From positions 1-64,000 of IMG/VR virus record IMGVR_UViG_3300027973_000043: a stretch of DNA of 64,000 nt. One strand, written 5' to 3'. Within the stretch, counting starts at the first letter, position 1; every line of letters begins with the position of its first letter. The translations under genes were made by a program, and so were the position numbers. Positions 1 to 11,356 of this stretch are shown here, one piece after another. The notes below the pieces were generated by a model. The model was not told the DNA's origin. It did no database searches and was given only the letters and a program-made list of their open reading frames with translations. The DNA is from a virus.

Positions 1-87
1 GTCTTTTTGATAAAATAGTCTACAAGATATTCTTCCAATTAATGTTGATCCAACTCTCATTGGAGAAGATATTAAAAATTTTTTCAT
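1..87 (-). CDS. 5' fragment of a possible sulfotransferase-like protein (runs off the window)
   Basis: Hand-translated MKKFLISSPMRVGSTLIG; resembles the sulfotransferase PAPS-binding loop xxRxGST; only 29 codons visible. Confidence 0.35.
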   Translation of the reverse strand, partial: MKKFLISSPMRVGSTLIGRISCRLFYQKD

Positions 88-155
88 AAATGTAAATACG
101 TATCTATTTAATTATAAACGATAATATATATGCAAATACTATTAATTTTATCGTA

Positions 156-928
156 TTATCTAATTAAAGATCTTTGGAAATGTATTCTAAAGATATTATC
201 CTTTTTTAAATTGTTAAATATAGTATATCCGAAAAATAATTCTGGATGAAATGCATTATTATATGTAACATATTCTTCAACATAATCATATCTTTCACAA
301 ACTATATCCATTATTTCAGAACTACCAAAATATATTATATCATCCACAATCATATTATTTTTTTTATGTGTGTATGGTTTGATATATTCTTGCATATGAG
401 CAGGTTCTAAAACAATACAAAATAGATTATTCCAATTATTAATATTCTGTGATAATGTAGTTTGGTCTAAAAAAGGTAATACTTTAAAATCATAATTTTC
501 TATAGAAGTAAGATATACAGCATCTGGACGACATCTAAAAACTAAATCGTATTTAAAATTATTTTCATGTTCATGTATCTTTTTAAGATCATTACATGCT
601 TTTAATAAAAATAATTGATTTAAAATATTTTTTTTATTTGAAAATTCTTTAACTTTGTTTATTTTTTCTATTATATAATCATAGTTTTGTGCAGGAAAAA
701 ATTTAAAGTTTACATTTTCTGAAAAATTGTATAATAATCATCAAATATATTAATTTTTAAATTATTTTTATTAGGTAAATGATAAAATATTTCTTTTGAA
801 AAAGGATTAGCATAACAAATATTAATGATTATTTTTTTATTTTTACTTTGCTCAAGTATATGTTCGTATAAAGGAAAATAGAAAAGCTGATTTATAATAT
901 CACCTAAACCACCTACTAGATTATACAT
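156..928 (-). pseudogene. Frameshifted or chimeric glycosyltransferase-like gene
   Basis: ORF 710..928 (MYNLVGGLGD) overlaps a startless open frame 156..737 containing YDLVFRCRPD. Confidence 0.4.
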
Positions 929-941
929 AAGATCATATCTT

Positions 942-1616
942 TCATGATCTTCTACATACAAAATATCCGTAATCTTTTTCAGTTCCGTTTGTAAATTCTG
1001 TGTCATAATTTAATTTTTTAAAATAATTTTCTAAATTTTCAGGAGAATTTAGAAAACCTTCACAGTAGTTTATAGGTAGAGTTCCTGGATGAAATTCTCC
1101 TATGATATAATCAATGTTATTAAAAATTTCTGGATTACTCTCAAAAATTATTGGATATTCTGAACCTTCACAATCTAATTTAAGTAGAGATATTTTTCCT
1201 CCTACTTGTTTTAAAATGTCTTCTAAAGATATTACTTCTATATTCTCGCCGTGAGATATTGATAACCCTCCCATATTCATATTATCTGAATTTAAATTAT
1301 CACCCGGACGACTACCTACTTTTATTAAATTATAATTACCTCTTACTGCTTTATTGTAAACATTTATGTTATATGAAGAACAATTATAATTACAAACTAT
1401 AAAATTTTCTGTATTAGCCTCAAAACAAAATATTTTTTTAGCTCCTAAAGAAAATGCTTTTAGCGAGAAAGATCCTATATGTGCTCCTATATCTACTATT
1501 ACAGAATCTTCAGTAAATGAACTGATATTATATTCATTTAATTCAAAAACATCTTCAAATATACTTTTATCTGTAGTTTTTTCTCTAAAAACTAATTTAT
1601 TTTTATCTATAATCAT
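942..1616 (-). CDS. FkbM-family SAM-dependent methyltransferase
   Basis: VDIGAHIG, FEAN, LKLDCEGSE and GEFH motifs. Confidence 0.9.
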   Translation of the reverse strand: MIIDKNKLVFREKTTDKSIFEDVFELNEYNISSFTEDSVIVDIGAHIGSFSLKAFSLGAKKIFCFEANTENFIVCNYNCSSYNINVYNKAVRGNYNLIKVGSRPGDNLNSDNMNMGGLSISHGENIEVISLEDILKQVGGKISLLKLDCEGSEYPIIFESNPEIFNNIDYIIGEFHPGTLPINYCEGFLNSPENLENYFKKLNYDTEFTNGTEKDYGYFVCRRS

Positions 1617-1646
1617 TTAGGTATTTAGGTTATAATTTTCTTAAAA

Positions 1647-2717
1647 TCAAACTATATTGTCTTTTATTAGCTGTGATATTACAGGATAGCATAAATTGTT
1701 TGTTATATTATCTTTTATTTCTAAAATACAATTATATTGGTCTGTACTTTGTTTTAAAAATTTTATTATTTTATCAATAGCATCATCAATATTAGCGTCT
1801 GCCCATTGACCTTTGAAATAAGGAATATCTACATCTACTAATTTATAATCTACTAAAAAGTCAACATCTTTCATAAAATCAATATTTCCTGAATATCCGG
1901 TAGCTATAGGAATGGTGCCAATAGCCATTGCTTCTGCAAGAGTTAAACCGAAACCTTCACTACGATGAAGAGATAAAATTACATGACATTTACCAATAAG
2001 GTCTTGAACTTTTTCAGAGGAATAATATTCGTCAATAACTTTTATTTTAAAATCTCCTATAATTTGTTTTAAAAGATCACGCTCCTTGTCTGAACCAGTA
2101 AAAGTTTTAAAAATTACGTTAACTTCTTTGTATTTTTGTTTTATAATTTTAGCAACTTCTAAATTACCAACAATATTTTTACGATCTACATTACTAGAAA
2201 TATTTCCCATAATTAGTATTGTAAAATTTTTGTATTTTTTAGGAAGTTTAGCTGGAATTGGAATAGGATGAGGAACTACTTTTATAAGATTTGAATCTAT
2301 ATATTGTGAAAAAATATCTTTACAATAGTTGCTTGCAGTCCATATTTCATCAAAATCTTTTAAAACTTCAGCATCCTGATTATGTAATTCGGAACTTTCC
2401 CAAACAAAATAACCAATCTTTTTAACATCTGAACTTCTTGGAAAAGGTTTGGTTTTTTCTTTTATTGCACGATAAAGATTAAAAGTAGAGTGAAAGTATT
2501 TAATATCATGATTTATTGGTCCAGTATATTGTGGAAACAAATTTAATTTAAACTCCTGGTTTTTTGTAAAAGGTTGTAAATCAAAAACATCAGGTTTGCT
2601 GAATGTTTTGAAACAATCTACATATCTACGAAAAACTTCACCTAATGAAGTTTTGTTGTTGGCAAGACCTGCCATTATAATTTTTTTATCATTCATAATT
2701 TTATGAACATGGTTCAC
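1647..2717 (-). CDS. GT-B (family 4-like) glycosyltransferase
   Basis: GYFVWE, DEIWTAS, RKN and SLHRSEGFGLTLAEAM motifs. Confidence 0.9.
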   Translation of the reverse strand: MNHVHKIMNDKKIIMAGLANNKTSLGEVFRRYVDCFKTFSKPDVFDLQPFTKNQEFKLNLFPQYTGPINHDIKYFHSTFNLYRAIKEKTKPFPRSSDVKKIGYFVWESSELHNQDAEVLKDFDEIWTASNYCKDIFSQYIDSNLIKVVPHPIPIPAKLPKKYKNFTILIMGNISSNVDRKNIVGNLEVAKIIKQKYKEVNVIFKTFTGSDKERDLLKQIIGDFKIKVIDEYYSSEKVQDLIGKCHVILSLHRSEGFGLTLAEAMAIGTIPIATGYSGNIDFMKDVDFLVDYKLVDVDIPYFKGQWADANIDDAIDKIIKFLKQSTDQYNCILEIKDNITNNLCYPVISQLIKDNIV

Positions 2718-3906
2718 TGTTAGTTACATTTCCATCAACAACAGTTATTAAGGGTCCATACGTATATGCATTAGCTACATAAAAATTACCAGTATAACCA
2801 TTTAATCCTAAATCTGAAAACCATAAATAATGCCTCGGAGCCGCATCATTCGATCCCCAATATAATTCTATTGTATCAGTAAGACTGCAATCCTTATAAA
2901 AAATATATTTTCTTAAAGCAGGCGCATAATCAGTGCCAGTTTCTATATACGCAGGTCTATAATCATAAGACGAAATGTTTGTATAATAATTATCCATATC
3001 ATACGTAAACCCCGAAGAATATTCATTTGGATTTTGACAAGGATCTAAATCAAGGAAAAATGTCGAAGCAGGTTGCATTAAAGTACCAAATTTAAGATCA
3101 GTAGAAAGATACGAACAATCTGTACCATAACACGAATTTATAAAAACTCTTCCAGCAGTTTTATTTACATCATATTGTCGCCAAGCAGCACACGAAACTG
3201 AAGAAACTCCTGTGGAGTTTAATAATATTTTATTTGTTAAAATACTACAAGTAACTCTACGAAATGCAGCAGTGAGGGTGCTGTATTCGGTCTGGTATAG
3301 ATCTTCATAAAAATATGTATAAAAAGTTTCAACAGGACGAATAGGATCTGATTCACTACTAGGATTATATGCCGATACTGGTTGTATTGTTAAAGAATTC
3401 CAATCTTTTGAATTATAAAATGAAGGATCGAAAAATACACATGATGTTTGGATACTAACAGTAGGCGTACTCTTTTGATCATCAAAGAAATTAGGTATTT
3501 GAACATTGTTAGAATAAAAAGGTATTAACCAAAGTCTATTAAACGCCGCAGAAAGAACTTTTGTATCTATTCTACAAACTTTGTGGTTATTTACAAATAC
3601 ATCGTGTGTCTCATTAATCTTATTATTTATTAAATAGTTATAGTCTGCCCAATTTCCTTTACCACGGAAATTAAGTTCTATAATCGGAACACTAAAAGCA
3701 CACGGATCTTCACATATAAGACATTCTTGTACAGGACTTTCTCTTAATATAGAGAAAGTATTTGGAAATAAAATTCCTGCGTTTGTAGTTATACTACCAG
3801 AATCTATTTTAGAAACAGAAAATTTACGTACAGTTCCTTCAATGTTTATATCTATAAACTTGTTTATATAATTATTAAAATTGTCGTCTTTTGATATTTT
3901 TTTCAT
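2701..3906 (-). CDS. Hypothetical protein, probably virion-associated
   Basis: 401-aa ORF coupled to the upstream structural-like genes; rich in Cys, Ser, Thr and Tyr. Confidence 0.5.
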   Translation of the reverse strand: MKKISKDDNFNNYINKFIDINIEGTVRKFSVSKIDSGSITTNAGILFPNTFSILRESPVQECLICEDPCAFSVPIIELNFRGKGNWADYNYLINNKINETHDVFVNNHKVCRIDTKVLSAAFNRLWLIPFYSNNVQIPNFFDDQKSTPTVSIQTSCVFFDPSFYNSKDWNSLTIQPVSAYNPSSESDPIRPVETFYTYFYEDLYQTEYSTLTAAFRRVTCSILTNKILLNSTGVSSVSCAAWRQYDVNKTAGRVFINSCYGTDCSYLSTDLKFGTLMQPASTFFLDLDPCQNPNEYSSGFTYDMDNYYTNISSYDYRPAYIETGTDYAPALRKYIFYKDCSLTDTIELYWGSNDAAPRHYLWFSDLGLNGYTGNFYVANAYTYGPLITVVDGNVTNSEPCS

Positions 3907-4997
3907 GAGAATAAATGGTCTAATATGTTATAATCTTCGTTATCAGGAACGTTTAGCATTAATGGCCCAACAGACGGAGATACATATGGTGGTTCAAATT
4001 CACATTCTGTTAAGAGATATTTAAATCTTTGTGGGCAGTCTTTTTCACCTATATAAAGCTCATTTATAGGTAATGCCTCAAAGCAATCATTGCATAAGTT
4101 TGCTGCACAAAATTCAATGTTCTTATAATCGTGATAACTCCAGCGTTTATTTCTTATTTTAAAAAAGAATCGTCCACCAGTATAGTTTGATATATTACGA
4201 GGTTCAAATTGAACAAGAACATTGTTTGGAATATTCAAAAAATTACGTTGAACAAAAAGGTTATATTTTACAATAGCTGTTTCATATTGATACACATATG
4301 AATGAAACATTTTTAAATCAGTTTGGCTTAATTTGATTAATTCAGCAGATTCAAAAGAATCTGTGTTAACATTATAATAAACATAGTTTACTATTTCTGT
4401 CATTGCATCTATACCAGAGATGTTTAAGCTTTCTTTTCCATATTTTCTAAAAAGAGAGTTGAATACAACAATAAGAGATTCTAATATATTTTTATAACTT
4501 AAGAAATCATAAATTTCACCAACAGTTACAGAATAGTTTGCTGCAAGTAATTCTTGAACTTCTGGTTTATATTCTCTAATTCGTACTCCTGCAAGACCTT
4601 CTGCACTATAATTTTTACATAAAAAGTCGCAACGCATTATTTGTGTTGGAGAAAAATTTGAAGACGGAAAATTATCATTTAACCATGTTTCAATTTCTGT
4701 CATATTTGCTACACAGTTGAATGTATTTTTGTAAACAACCATAATAGGTTCTTCCCAATATCCACGAAGGTTATAAACTAAATCGGAACTTCTTTTCCAG
4801 TTTGAGGAATTTGATGCTACTAATGTTGAAAATGAATTAAGCGAGGACAACAATGCAGATAAAGTATTGGTCATACTATTCCATTTGTTTGAATCGGAAT
4901 AAAGATGGTCTATTCGAACATTTAATTCGTTCATATTCGAATTAAATTTCTGTAAACTATTTCCTAGATATTCATATTGAGAAATTTGTTGAATCAT
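3903..4997 (-). CDS. Putative virion structural protein, paralog of 4999..5706
   Basis: Start reassigned to MIQQISQ; shares the E.(L/V)G.SL...N.N...L ... NS.NW ... PI...Y ... W.N...P pattern with its neighbour. Confidence 0.55.
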   Translation of the reverse strand: MIQQISQYEYLGNSLQKFNSNMNELNVRIDHLYSDSNKWNSMTNTLSALLSSLNSFSTLVASNSSNWKRSSDLVYNLRGYWEEPIMVVYKNTFNCVANMTEIETWLNDNFPSSNFSPTQIMRCDFLCKNYSAEGLAGVRIREYKPEVQELLAANYSVTVGEIYDFLSYKNILESLIVVFNSLFRKYGKESLNISGIDAMTEIVNYVYYNVNTDSFESAELIKLSQTDLKMFHSYVYQYETAIVKYNLFVQRNFLNIPNNVLVQFEPRNISNYTGGRFFFKIRNKRWSYHDYKNIEFCAANLCNDCFEALPINELYIGEKDCPQRFKYLLTECEFEPPYVSPSVGPLMLNVPDNEDYNILDHLFS

Positions 4998-4998
4998 T

Positions 4999-5706
4999 TT
5001 AATTATAAAGTGAAGAGGAGTAAACCCATCTTGAAACAGTGTCATCAACAATATATTTTAAACCTACAAATTCGCTTACATATCTATCAGGAAGTTGAAC
5101 GTCTAGTGTTTGTGCTCCGCAATCAACAGTGCCATTAGTAAAGCCTACTTGTGTGCCTTTACCAATACACGAACACGAATATCGAACTTTAACACTTTTT
5201 TTACCTGTTATTTTAGATTGTGAAAGAACACGATTCAATTCTGAATAAAGAGGTGTGAATATATAAAGTTCTTGACCAACAATAAAGTTAAAACATGTTC
5301 CGCTAAAAACTGGTAGTGTTTCGTTTATCCAATTTGTAACAACAGAGATAAGATCATTTGTTGCGCCATCAATATTAAATTCCGAAGCATAAGGATAAAT
5401 GAGAGAAATAGGCTTTAACCAAACAGAACTTAAAGTTCTAACACTGTTATAAGTATCTGTCCAACATCCTGAATTTGTTTTAACAAGATTCATGGTACTC
5501 ACCCAATTTGCACTGTTTTCACTAAATTGATTATAAATTGAGTTCCATAAACTTGAGGCACTATATTCAAAATTACAAGTATAAATGTCTAATGCATTGA
5601 AATTGTAGTTTATTGATGATAATGAATCGCCTACGCTCTCATAATCCTTAATAGGGAAAACTATTTGATTGTTTGTTATTTTACAAATTTGTCTTGGGTA
5701 ATCCAT
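4999..5706 (-). CDS. Putative virion structural protein
   Basis: YESVGDSLSSINYNFNAL N-terminal motif; paralog of the downstream gene. Confidence 0.55.
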   Translation of the reverse strand: MDYPRQICKITNNQIVFPIKDYESVGDSLSSINYNFNALDIYTCNFEYSASSLWNSIYNQFSENSANWVSTMNLVKTNSGCWTDTYNSVRTLSSVWLKPISLIYPYASEFNIDGATNDLISVVTNWINETLPVFSGTCFNFIVGQELYIFTPLYSELNRVLSQSKITGKKSVKVRYSCSCIGKGTQVGFTNGTVDCGAQTLDVQLPDRYVSEFVGLKYIVDDTVSRWVYSSSLYN

Positions 5707-5716
5707 TTTATATTAT

Positions 5717-8700
5717 TTAGCAAGTAGATACACAATCTGCAAAAACAAAATCAGGAAGAACACAACAATCTTTTTCAAAATCTTTCCATGTGAAAATATG
5801 TCCAGATAAGTTACCGCATTCAGTGTCATGCCAAGAAAGAGGAAACAAGCTGTTACACTGAAGTTGTTCATAATTCCAACAAATTTCAGAGTGATTACCG
5901 CCTCGACCTTCTCTAGTTGTCCACCATGCAGAGTATGCACTAAGATGATTACTTCCTATTATTTTAGAGCTTGTCATTTCTTTCCAAGAAACAGGATTTT
6001 TATCTAATGTTGGTAATTGAATACTATCAATATAGTGATAGCTCCATCTCCACTGAATATTATTATTGTTATTTGGAATCGAGAATGTTGCAGAAATATT
6101 ATCTTTTAATTCTTCTACATTAGAGTATAAGTTTTCAATTCCACGGTTTATAGTATCATAAAGAACAGGTTCATTTGTTGCAATAAAAATATCGTGATCT
6201 GTTATTGCACTCGGAGTGTATGCTGTTGTGGTCTGATTAATTACTCTGTAATATCTATCTAAGTCTACTATTAAGCGTTCTTCGATTCTACCATTTAGAA
6301 GAGAAATGTTGTCATGTATTTTCTTAAATGAATCGTTGTAAATATAATCCGTTACAAATTCATTTTCATTTATAAAAATACTATTCCAGTTAAAACCAGA
6401 AAGAGACTCGTTATTATTTATAACTTTATTAATTTCGATAAAGTCAACAAACTTAAGAATGTAATCGCTGAACACTACATAACCATGAAACTCATCAAAT
6501 ACAATATCAACTACATTATCATTAAATGTATTTTCATTGATAAATGTATTATTAATAGTATATTTGGCTATGTTTTTACCATTTACTATATAAATTATAC
6601 CTTCATGTAAAGTACTTAAAATTGATTTTGTGCTTCCAGAATGTGTTATATTTTCTAAAACATTACCAAATTCATCCATTAATATATTAATGCTGTTTTG
6701 TGTAGATACACAAAACAAACCATTTTTTTCAGAAATGCTTAATGGATTGTTATTATCAAAATTTGAAATTGATATATTTCTGATCCAATTTAAGTTTTTA
6801 TTATAAACTTTAATAATGGCCGAATCACTGTCAACTACATAAAGATTTTTCTTATTATCTAAGCAGAAATCTACTGGATTATTAAATTTGGTTCGGTCTT
6901 CTTTACTGCCAACTCCACCCCAATAATGAGTTAATTCAATATCAGAAGGATTGTTTATATCAAAGTTACAAACATATATTATTTTTTTAGTATTATCAAG
7001 AACATATAGTCTTTTCTCAACGCTTAGATAATTTAGTTTTACAGGGTTTAATAAAACTTCTGCATCACTTATTCTGTTTGTTGAGAATAATTTAGATGGA
7101 TTTTCTGAAATATCAAAAATTTCAATATTATTTCCGTTAAGAATGATTGCCTTTTCATTTACTATCTGAGCACTACGAAGACTATAAAACAAGTCATTTT
7201 GAAGGTTTTCAGCAGCATATTGTGTGTGCCACTTAAAGTTACCAAAACGTGTTCCAAGATAACCACCATATGCTTTTGGGAAGTTAATGTTATTAATTGC
7301 ACAAGATGCACTCAAGTAATATATGTTAGTCTTAAACTTATCAAAAGAACTATTAAGCGTACTTGCATATTGCCAATCATTAGGCTTTACACGAACACTA
7401 TCTAAATTATAAGGTAACTCTAACTTTTCATAAAATGCTCTTGAGATATTAGAATCGTAATTTTCAAATGAATTTTTCACAGAAATAAAATCTTTCCAAC
7501 TTGCTACAACAGTTTCACCAGTGTTCAATACTCCTGTAAGAGAAGGTGTTTTTGAGCCTTCTGTAGAGTAAGTTGTTGTAAAGTATAAACTACCAGAAAG
7601 AGGATAGCTAATTGATCCTTCACCGTTATCAAATGTGAATGACTGAAAGTTTATAAACGGAACACTTATAAAGTTCTTATTACTACCGTTATAGAATGTT
7701 ACAGTTTCACCTGCGGAAACAATGTTTTTCTCACAGTAGAGTTCTAAGTTAGGTCCATTGTAAGCCGAAAGACCTAAGATATTCGAAGACACTGGATTGC
7801 TTGTTGAACAAAAATCAAAACCGTTTATTGTTACTGATGCGTTTCCGCTAAGAAAAATTACACATTTGTTAAATGAATTTTCATTAATAATAAAATCAGA
7901 ATCTTCGATTCCAATGTTAATTAATGCATTAAATACAGAACGATTATTTTGAACAAGTTTTGTTTGAACAAAATCTGCACTACTTAACACGATATTGAAT
8001 GTATAATCGGTAATATCAAAATTACCAGAGTTTATTGTTGCGATTAATCGAGGAAGTGACGAATAAAGATTTGTATTAACAACATTATTTGTTAGCTCTA
8101 TACTTACAGAGGGGTTTGGAAAATCTAAAAATGAAATTCGTTGACGATAAACATTACTATTATTAGAAGATGCAAAATTAAAATTAGTAATAGGGTCAGT
8201 TTCTAAAAATATATCATTAAAAGCACTAACACGTATGTTGTTATTTGCAGAAACATTCTGATAAGAAACTGGAATAATTATTTTATTTGAATTTGACTCT
8301 GCTACAATATTACCTACATTCCATACATATTTGGTAAAACCTGGACTTGCAGAAAAATAAAAATTTTCAGTATGACACGGTTTATAAGATGTCATACCAT
8401 GTGAACTTGTATACATGCTGAAAACTGTATTTTCATAACCGCTACCACACTTTCCATAATCTACAACAGAATTTGCTGCTTTTCTTGTTGGATTATATTG
8501 ATTTTCAGGAAAACCTATATAGTTTAGATTTGTAAGAGAACTCAAATAATAGAAGCACACTTTGTCTTCAAAATTATATCTTTTAAAATCTCCTTGAAAA
8601 GGTTTTGCAGATAATGCAGAAACTTGAACACAAACACTACTCAGTGTTGATAATGAGAAATTAAAATTGTTTCCTGTTCCATATAAGAAAGGAACTAGGT

Positions 8701-11059
8701 TTCCGCTGACTGTTGCGCGGAATGCTTCCCAACGAATTGTACTTGTGTTAAGGTTTGGATAAATTGCACTAAGAGTTAAATTTGCACTTGTTGTAAAAAC
8801 AATATTTTGTCTATTTAAGTTACTAAACAAACTATTATTTCCACTTGTTGCACTAACTGATAATAAGTTTCCTGATGGATATTCACGATAAAGGAATAGT
8901 TTAGAAGAGTTTAATGCAAAATCTCCTCTTGATGCATTGCATGTAACGTTGAAAAGAATATATTTAGGATTTTGATCTACAGGAATACTGCTTATAGTTG
9001 TATTTATTAAAGAATAATCATTAGAAGATGAGTATATTGTTCCTTTATCAACATTTCGAGAACCGTTTCTTGTAGTGAAACTTATAGCTCCGCGAGAATC
9101 ATCTGCAACTTCGTCCCAAATAATATTTGCATCTACTGGAACACGATAGGAGCGTCCATTGCGATTACAAAATGCACTAATGGTTCCAGTTCCAGTTTTG
9201 TTATTGTCATCTATTTGTCCTTTTATTTCAAGATACATGTCGTTTACAACAGTGCTTGGAGGAAACCAAAATGTTGATGCAGAAGTTGCATACTCTTCTG
9301 AATAAACAACTATTTCTGTTTTATCAACACCAAGATACTGTACTTGAACATCTGTTATATTTGAATAAAATACATTTGCAGAAAGAGTTTCACCATCTAA
9401 ATTTTTAAACACAACGTTTTCTGGCGGAATTGCTGCCCATTTAAAACCAAAATCATCACTTTGAGATGGATAAATGATTGTTGTTATTGTTGCAGAATTT
9501 GATCCGCTTTCTGTGATTAATGGAGAAAAAATAATATCTTTTTTATTAATCAAAAATTCTATTTGTTTTTCTTCTTCGTAAATTGCTCCTGTATAAGACG
9601 ATAATTGAATTTTTACAAAGTGACGATTTCCTACATTATTGTTATAAAACTTTATAGGTCCATCAGCACGAAACCATGTATTATTTTTAATTCTTTGAGT
9701 GCTATTCATATGAACTGCACTCAAAGAATTATCATTTGTTTGTTCAACAAATCTTTTTACTAATTTAGTTTTTGTAGTGTCGGTTAGTTGGAAACTTGTT
9801 TGATAATAGTTATCAACCATAACTGTATCAACAGTTATTGCACTATAAGCAATATTTGTTACAAAAGAAGATGGTAGGAAAGAAATGGTAAATGCGTCTT
9901 CTGCATTATTATCATAATATGTTCCTCTTGCAAATTTATAGTTGTAATAGAAAACACCAGATCTAACAGGATTTACATCGTTAGCAGAAATTTCCCAGTA
10001 ATTAGCATTGCTTCCTATAGTATTATTAGTTATAGAAATATTTGGTTGAAAAGAACTTGTTTGATATGTTACTGTAATTGGAGCATTTGGTTCAATCCAA
10101 AGTGGTTCTCTGAAATATAACCATAATTGACCTGTGCTAGGGTTTAAACGACTATATGTTGGAGTATAAGGATAAGCTATATTTAATCCTGATAAATTTT
10201 CACTTGTAAGACATGAAAGATTTATTAATGATGATGATATATTTTTAGGTTGCCCCGTAACACTTCCAGTGGTAAATGTTAAATTATATCCATTTTCTCC
10301 ACTAATTTCGGGATCAACTCTTGATGTTAAAACAGGAACTTCAATTTTAAAGCTATTTGCTATAATATTTTTTCCAACAGATGCTAAATAATAATTTCTG
10401 ATAAAATTTCTGTTTGTTCCTAAAAGACTGTTGATTCTTGTTTTGCTAACATATGGAGTATGTGCTTTTGTTCCAACATTTGTGGCACTTAATAAGTTTG
10501 GTAAACCAATTAGAACAGAAGGGTTTGCTGCAACTTTTTGTTTAAAATCCGTGTATGTAACAAGACCGTCAAATCCTGTAGCAGGCATCATACAAGCAGA
10601 AACTCTTAAAGTATTATTATCTATCTTCTCTATTTTTGGATAAACATGGCTTGGATAAATACTAGCTGCACCAGTTCCAGCAATATAATTGAAATATAAA
10701 AATTCGCGATTTCCATTTACTCTCCATAATAATTTTTGAAAATCATTTGGATTTCCGAAAACTGTTGGCGATATTGCATAAGAAACATTTTCCGCTAAAA
10801 TTTCATCATCTACTTCAAAACCAGATAATACGTAATCTTTTGCGTATGCATTTGTGATTGTTCTGTTCCAGTCATTATTACCAGTTAATGTATTTACAGT
10901 GATATTACTGAAATTAATTTTTTCATTCCAAGTATCATAGTAAAAATGATAAAAACGAGTTCCTATACGTGCATTTTGGAATGGAGGATTTACCTCATTG
11001 AAATTTATTTGTATGAGTTCGTTTTCGTAACCAGATGAGCTTAAAGAATTAAAATACAT
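5717..11059 (-). CDS. Large virion-type protein with beta-sandwich/PKD-like segments and an NHL-like beta-propeller
   Basis: 1780 aa, rich in S/N/T; FNNPVDFCLDNKKNLYVVDS NHL-like repeat; TAAATA motif just upstream. Confidence 0.65.
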   Translation of the reverse strand: MYFNSLSSSGYENELIQINFNEVNPPFQNARIGTRFYHFYYDTWNEKINFSNITVNTLTGNNDWNRTITNAYAKDYVLSGFEVDDEILAENVSYAISPTVFGNPNDFQKLLWRVNGNREFLYFNYIAGTGAASIYPSHVYPKIEKIDNNTLRVSACMMPATGFDGLVTYTDFKQKVAANPSVLIGLPNLLSATNVGTKAHTPYVSKTRINSLLGTNRNFIRNYYLASVGKNIIANSFKIEVPVLTSRVDPEISGENGYNLTFTTGSVTGQPKNISSSLINLSCLTSENLSGLNIAYPYTPTYSRLNPSTGQLWLYFREPLWIEPNAPITVTYQTSSFQPNISITNNTIGSNANYWEISANDVNPVRSGVFYYNYKFARGTYYDNNAEDAFTISFLPSSFVTNIAYSAITVDTVMVDNYYQTSFQLTDTTKTKLVKRFVEQTNDNSLSAVHMNSTQRIKNNTWFRADGPIKFYNNNVGNRHFVKIQLSSYTGAIYEEEKQIEFLINKKDIIFSPLITESGSNSATITTIIYPSQSDDFGFKWAAIPPENVVFKNLDGETLSANVFYSNITDVQVQYLGVDKTEIVVYSEEYATSASTFWFPPSTVVNDMYLEIKGQIDDNNKTGTGTISAFCNRNGRSYRVPVDANIIWDEVADDSRGAISFTTRNGSRNVDKGTIYSSSNDYSLINTTISSIPVDQNPKYILFNVTCNASRGDFALNSSKLFLYREYPSGNLLSVSATSGNNSLFSNLNRQNIVFTTSANLTLSAIYPNLNTSTIRWEAFRATVSGNLVPFLYGTGNNFNFSLSTLSSVCVQVSALSAKPFQGDFKRYNFEDKVCFYYLSSLTNLNYIGFPENQYNPTRKAANSVVDYGKCGSGYENTVFSMYTSSHGMTSYKPCHTENFYFSASPGFTKYVWNVGNIVAESNSNKIIIPVSYQNVSANNNIRVSAFNDIFLETDPITNFNFASSNNSNVYRQRISFLDFPNPSVSIELTNNVVNTNLYSSLPRLIATINSGNFDITDYTFNIVLSSADFVQTKLVQNNRSVFNALINIGIEDSDFIINENSFNKCVIFLSGNASVTINGFDFCSTSNPVSSNILGLSAYNGPNLELYCEKNIVSAGETVTFYNGSNKNFISVPFINFQSFTFDNGEGSISYPLSGSLYFTTTYSTEGSKTPSLTGVLNTGETVVASWKDFISVKNSFENYDSNISRAFYEKLELPYNLDSVRVKPNDWQYASTLNSSFDKFKTNIYYLSASCAINNINFPKAYGGYLGTRFGNFKWHTQYAAENLQNDLFYSLRSAQIVNEKAIILNGNNIEIFDISENPSKLFSTNRISDAEVLLNPVKLNYLSVEKRLYVLDNTKKIIYVCNFDINNPSDIELTHYWGGVGSKEDRTKFNNPVDFCLDNKKNLYVVDSDSAIIKVYNKNLNWIRNISISNFDNNNPLSISEKNGLFCVSTQNSINILMDEFGNVLENITHSGSTKSILSTLHEGIIYIVNGKNIAKYTINNTFINENTFNDNVVDIVFDEFHGYVVFSDYILKFVDFIEINKVINNNESLSGFNWNSIFINENEFVTDYIYNDSFKKIHDNISLLNGRIEERLIVDLDRYYRVINQTTTAYTPSAITDHDIFIATNEPVLYDTINRGIENLYSNVEELKDNISATFSIPNNNNNIQWRWSYHYIDSIQLPTLDKNPVSWKEMTSSKIIGSNHLSAYSAWWTTREGRGGNHSEICWNYEQLQCNSLFPLSWHDTECGNLSGHIFTWKDFEKDCCVLPDFVFADCVSTC

Positions 11060-11071
11060 TGAAAATATTTA

Positions 11072-11100
11072 TTGACACAAACGTCTATTTGTAGTATAAT
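11072..11100 (+). promoter_or_regulatory. Sigma70-like early promoter, 7 nt before the ATG
   Basis: TTGACA(11072)-N17-TATAAT(11095-11100); ATG at 11108. Confidence 0.8.
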
Positions 11101-11107
11101 ATTAAAT

Positions 11108-11356
11108 ATGCTAGAAAATATATTTACAAGAGATTTTATTTGGTATGGTATTATTTATTACACTATTTATTCATTAGGAGGTTTATACTTTATGCAAAAT
11201 TATATTCGTTCTTGTAAAGATTGTAATGTGGTTCCATTTAACAGTTCAGTTTTACAAGCGTTTTTTACGTTAGTAGTTTGCGGAGTGTTTACACAAATTA
11301 TTATACTCTGTGGAGTAGTTGCCATAATTTTTGATTTTTTTCGTAAAAAAGATTGA
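11108..11356 (+). CDS. Small membrane protein
   Basis: Two hydrophobic segments; start reassigned to MLENIF. Confidence 0.6.
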   Translation: MLENIFTRDFIWYGIIYYTIYSLGGLYFMQNYIRSCKDCNVVPFNSSVLQAFFTLVVCGVFTQIIILCGVVAIIFDFFRKKD

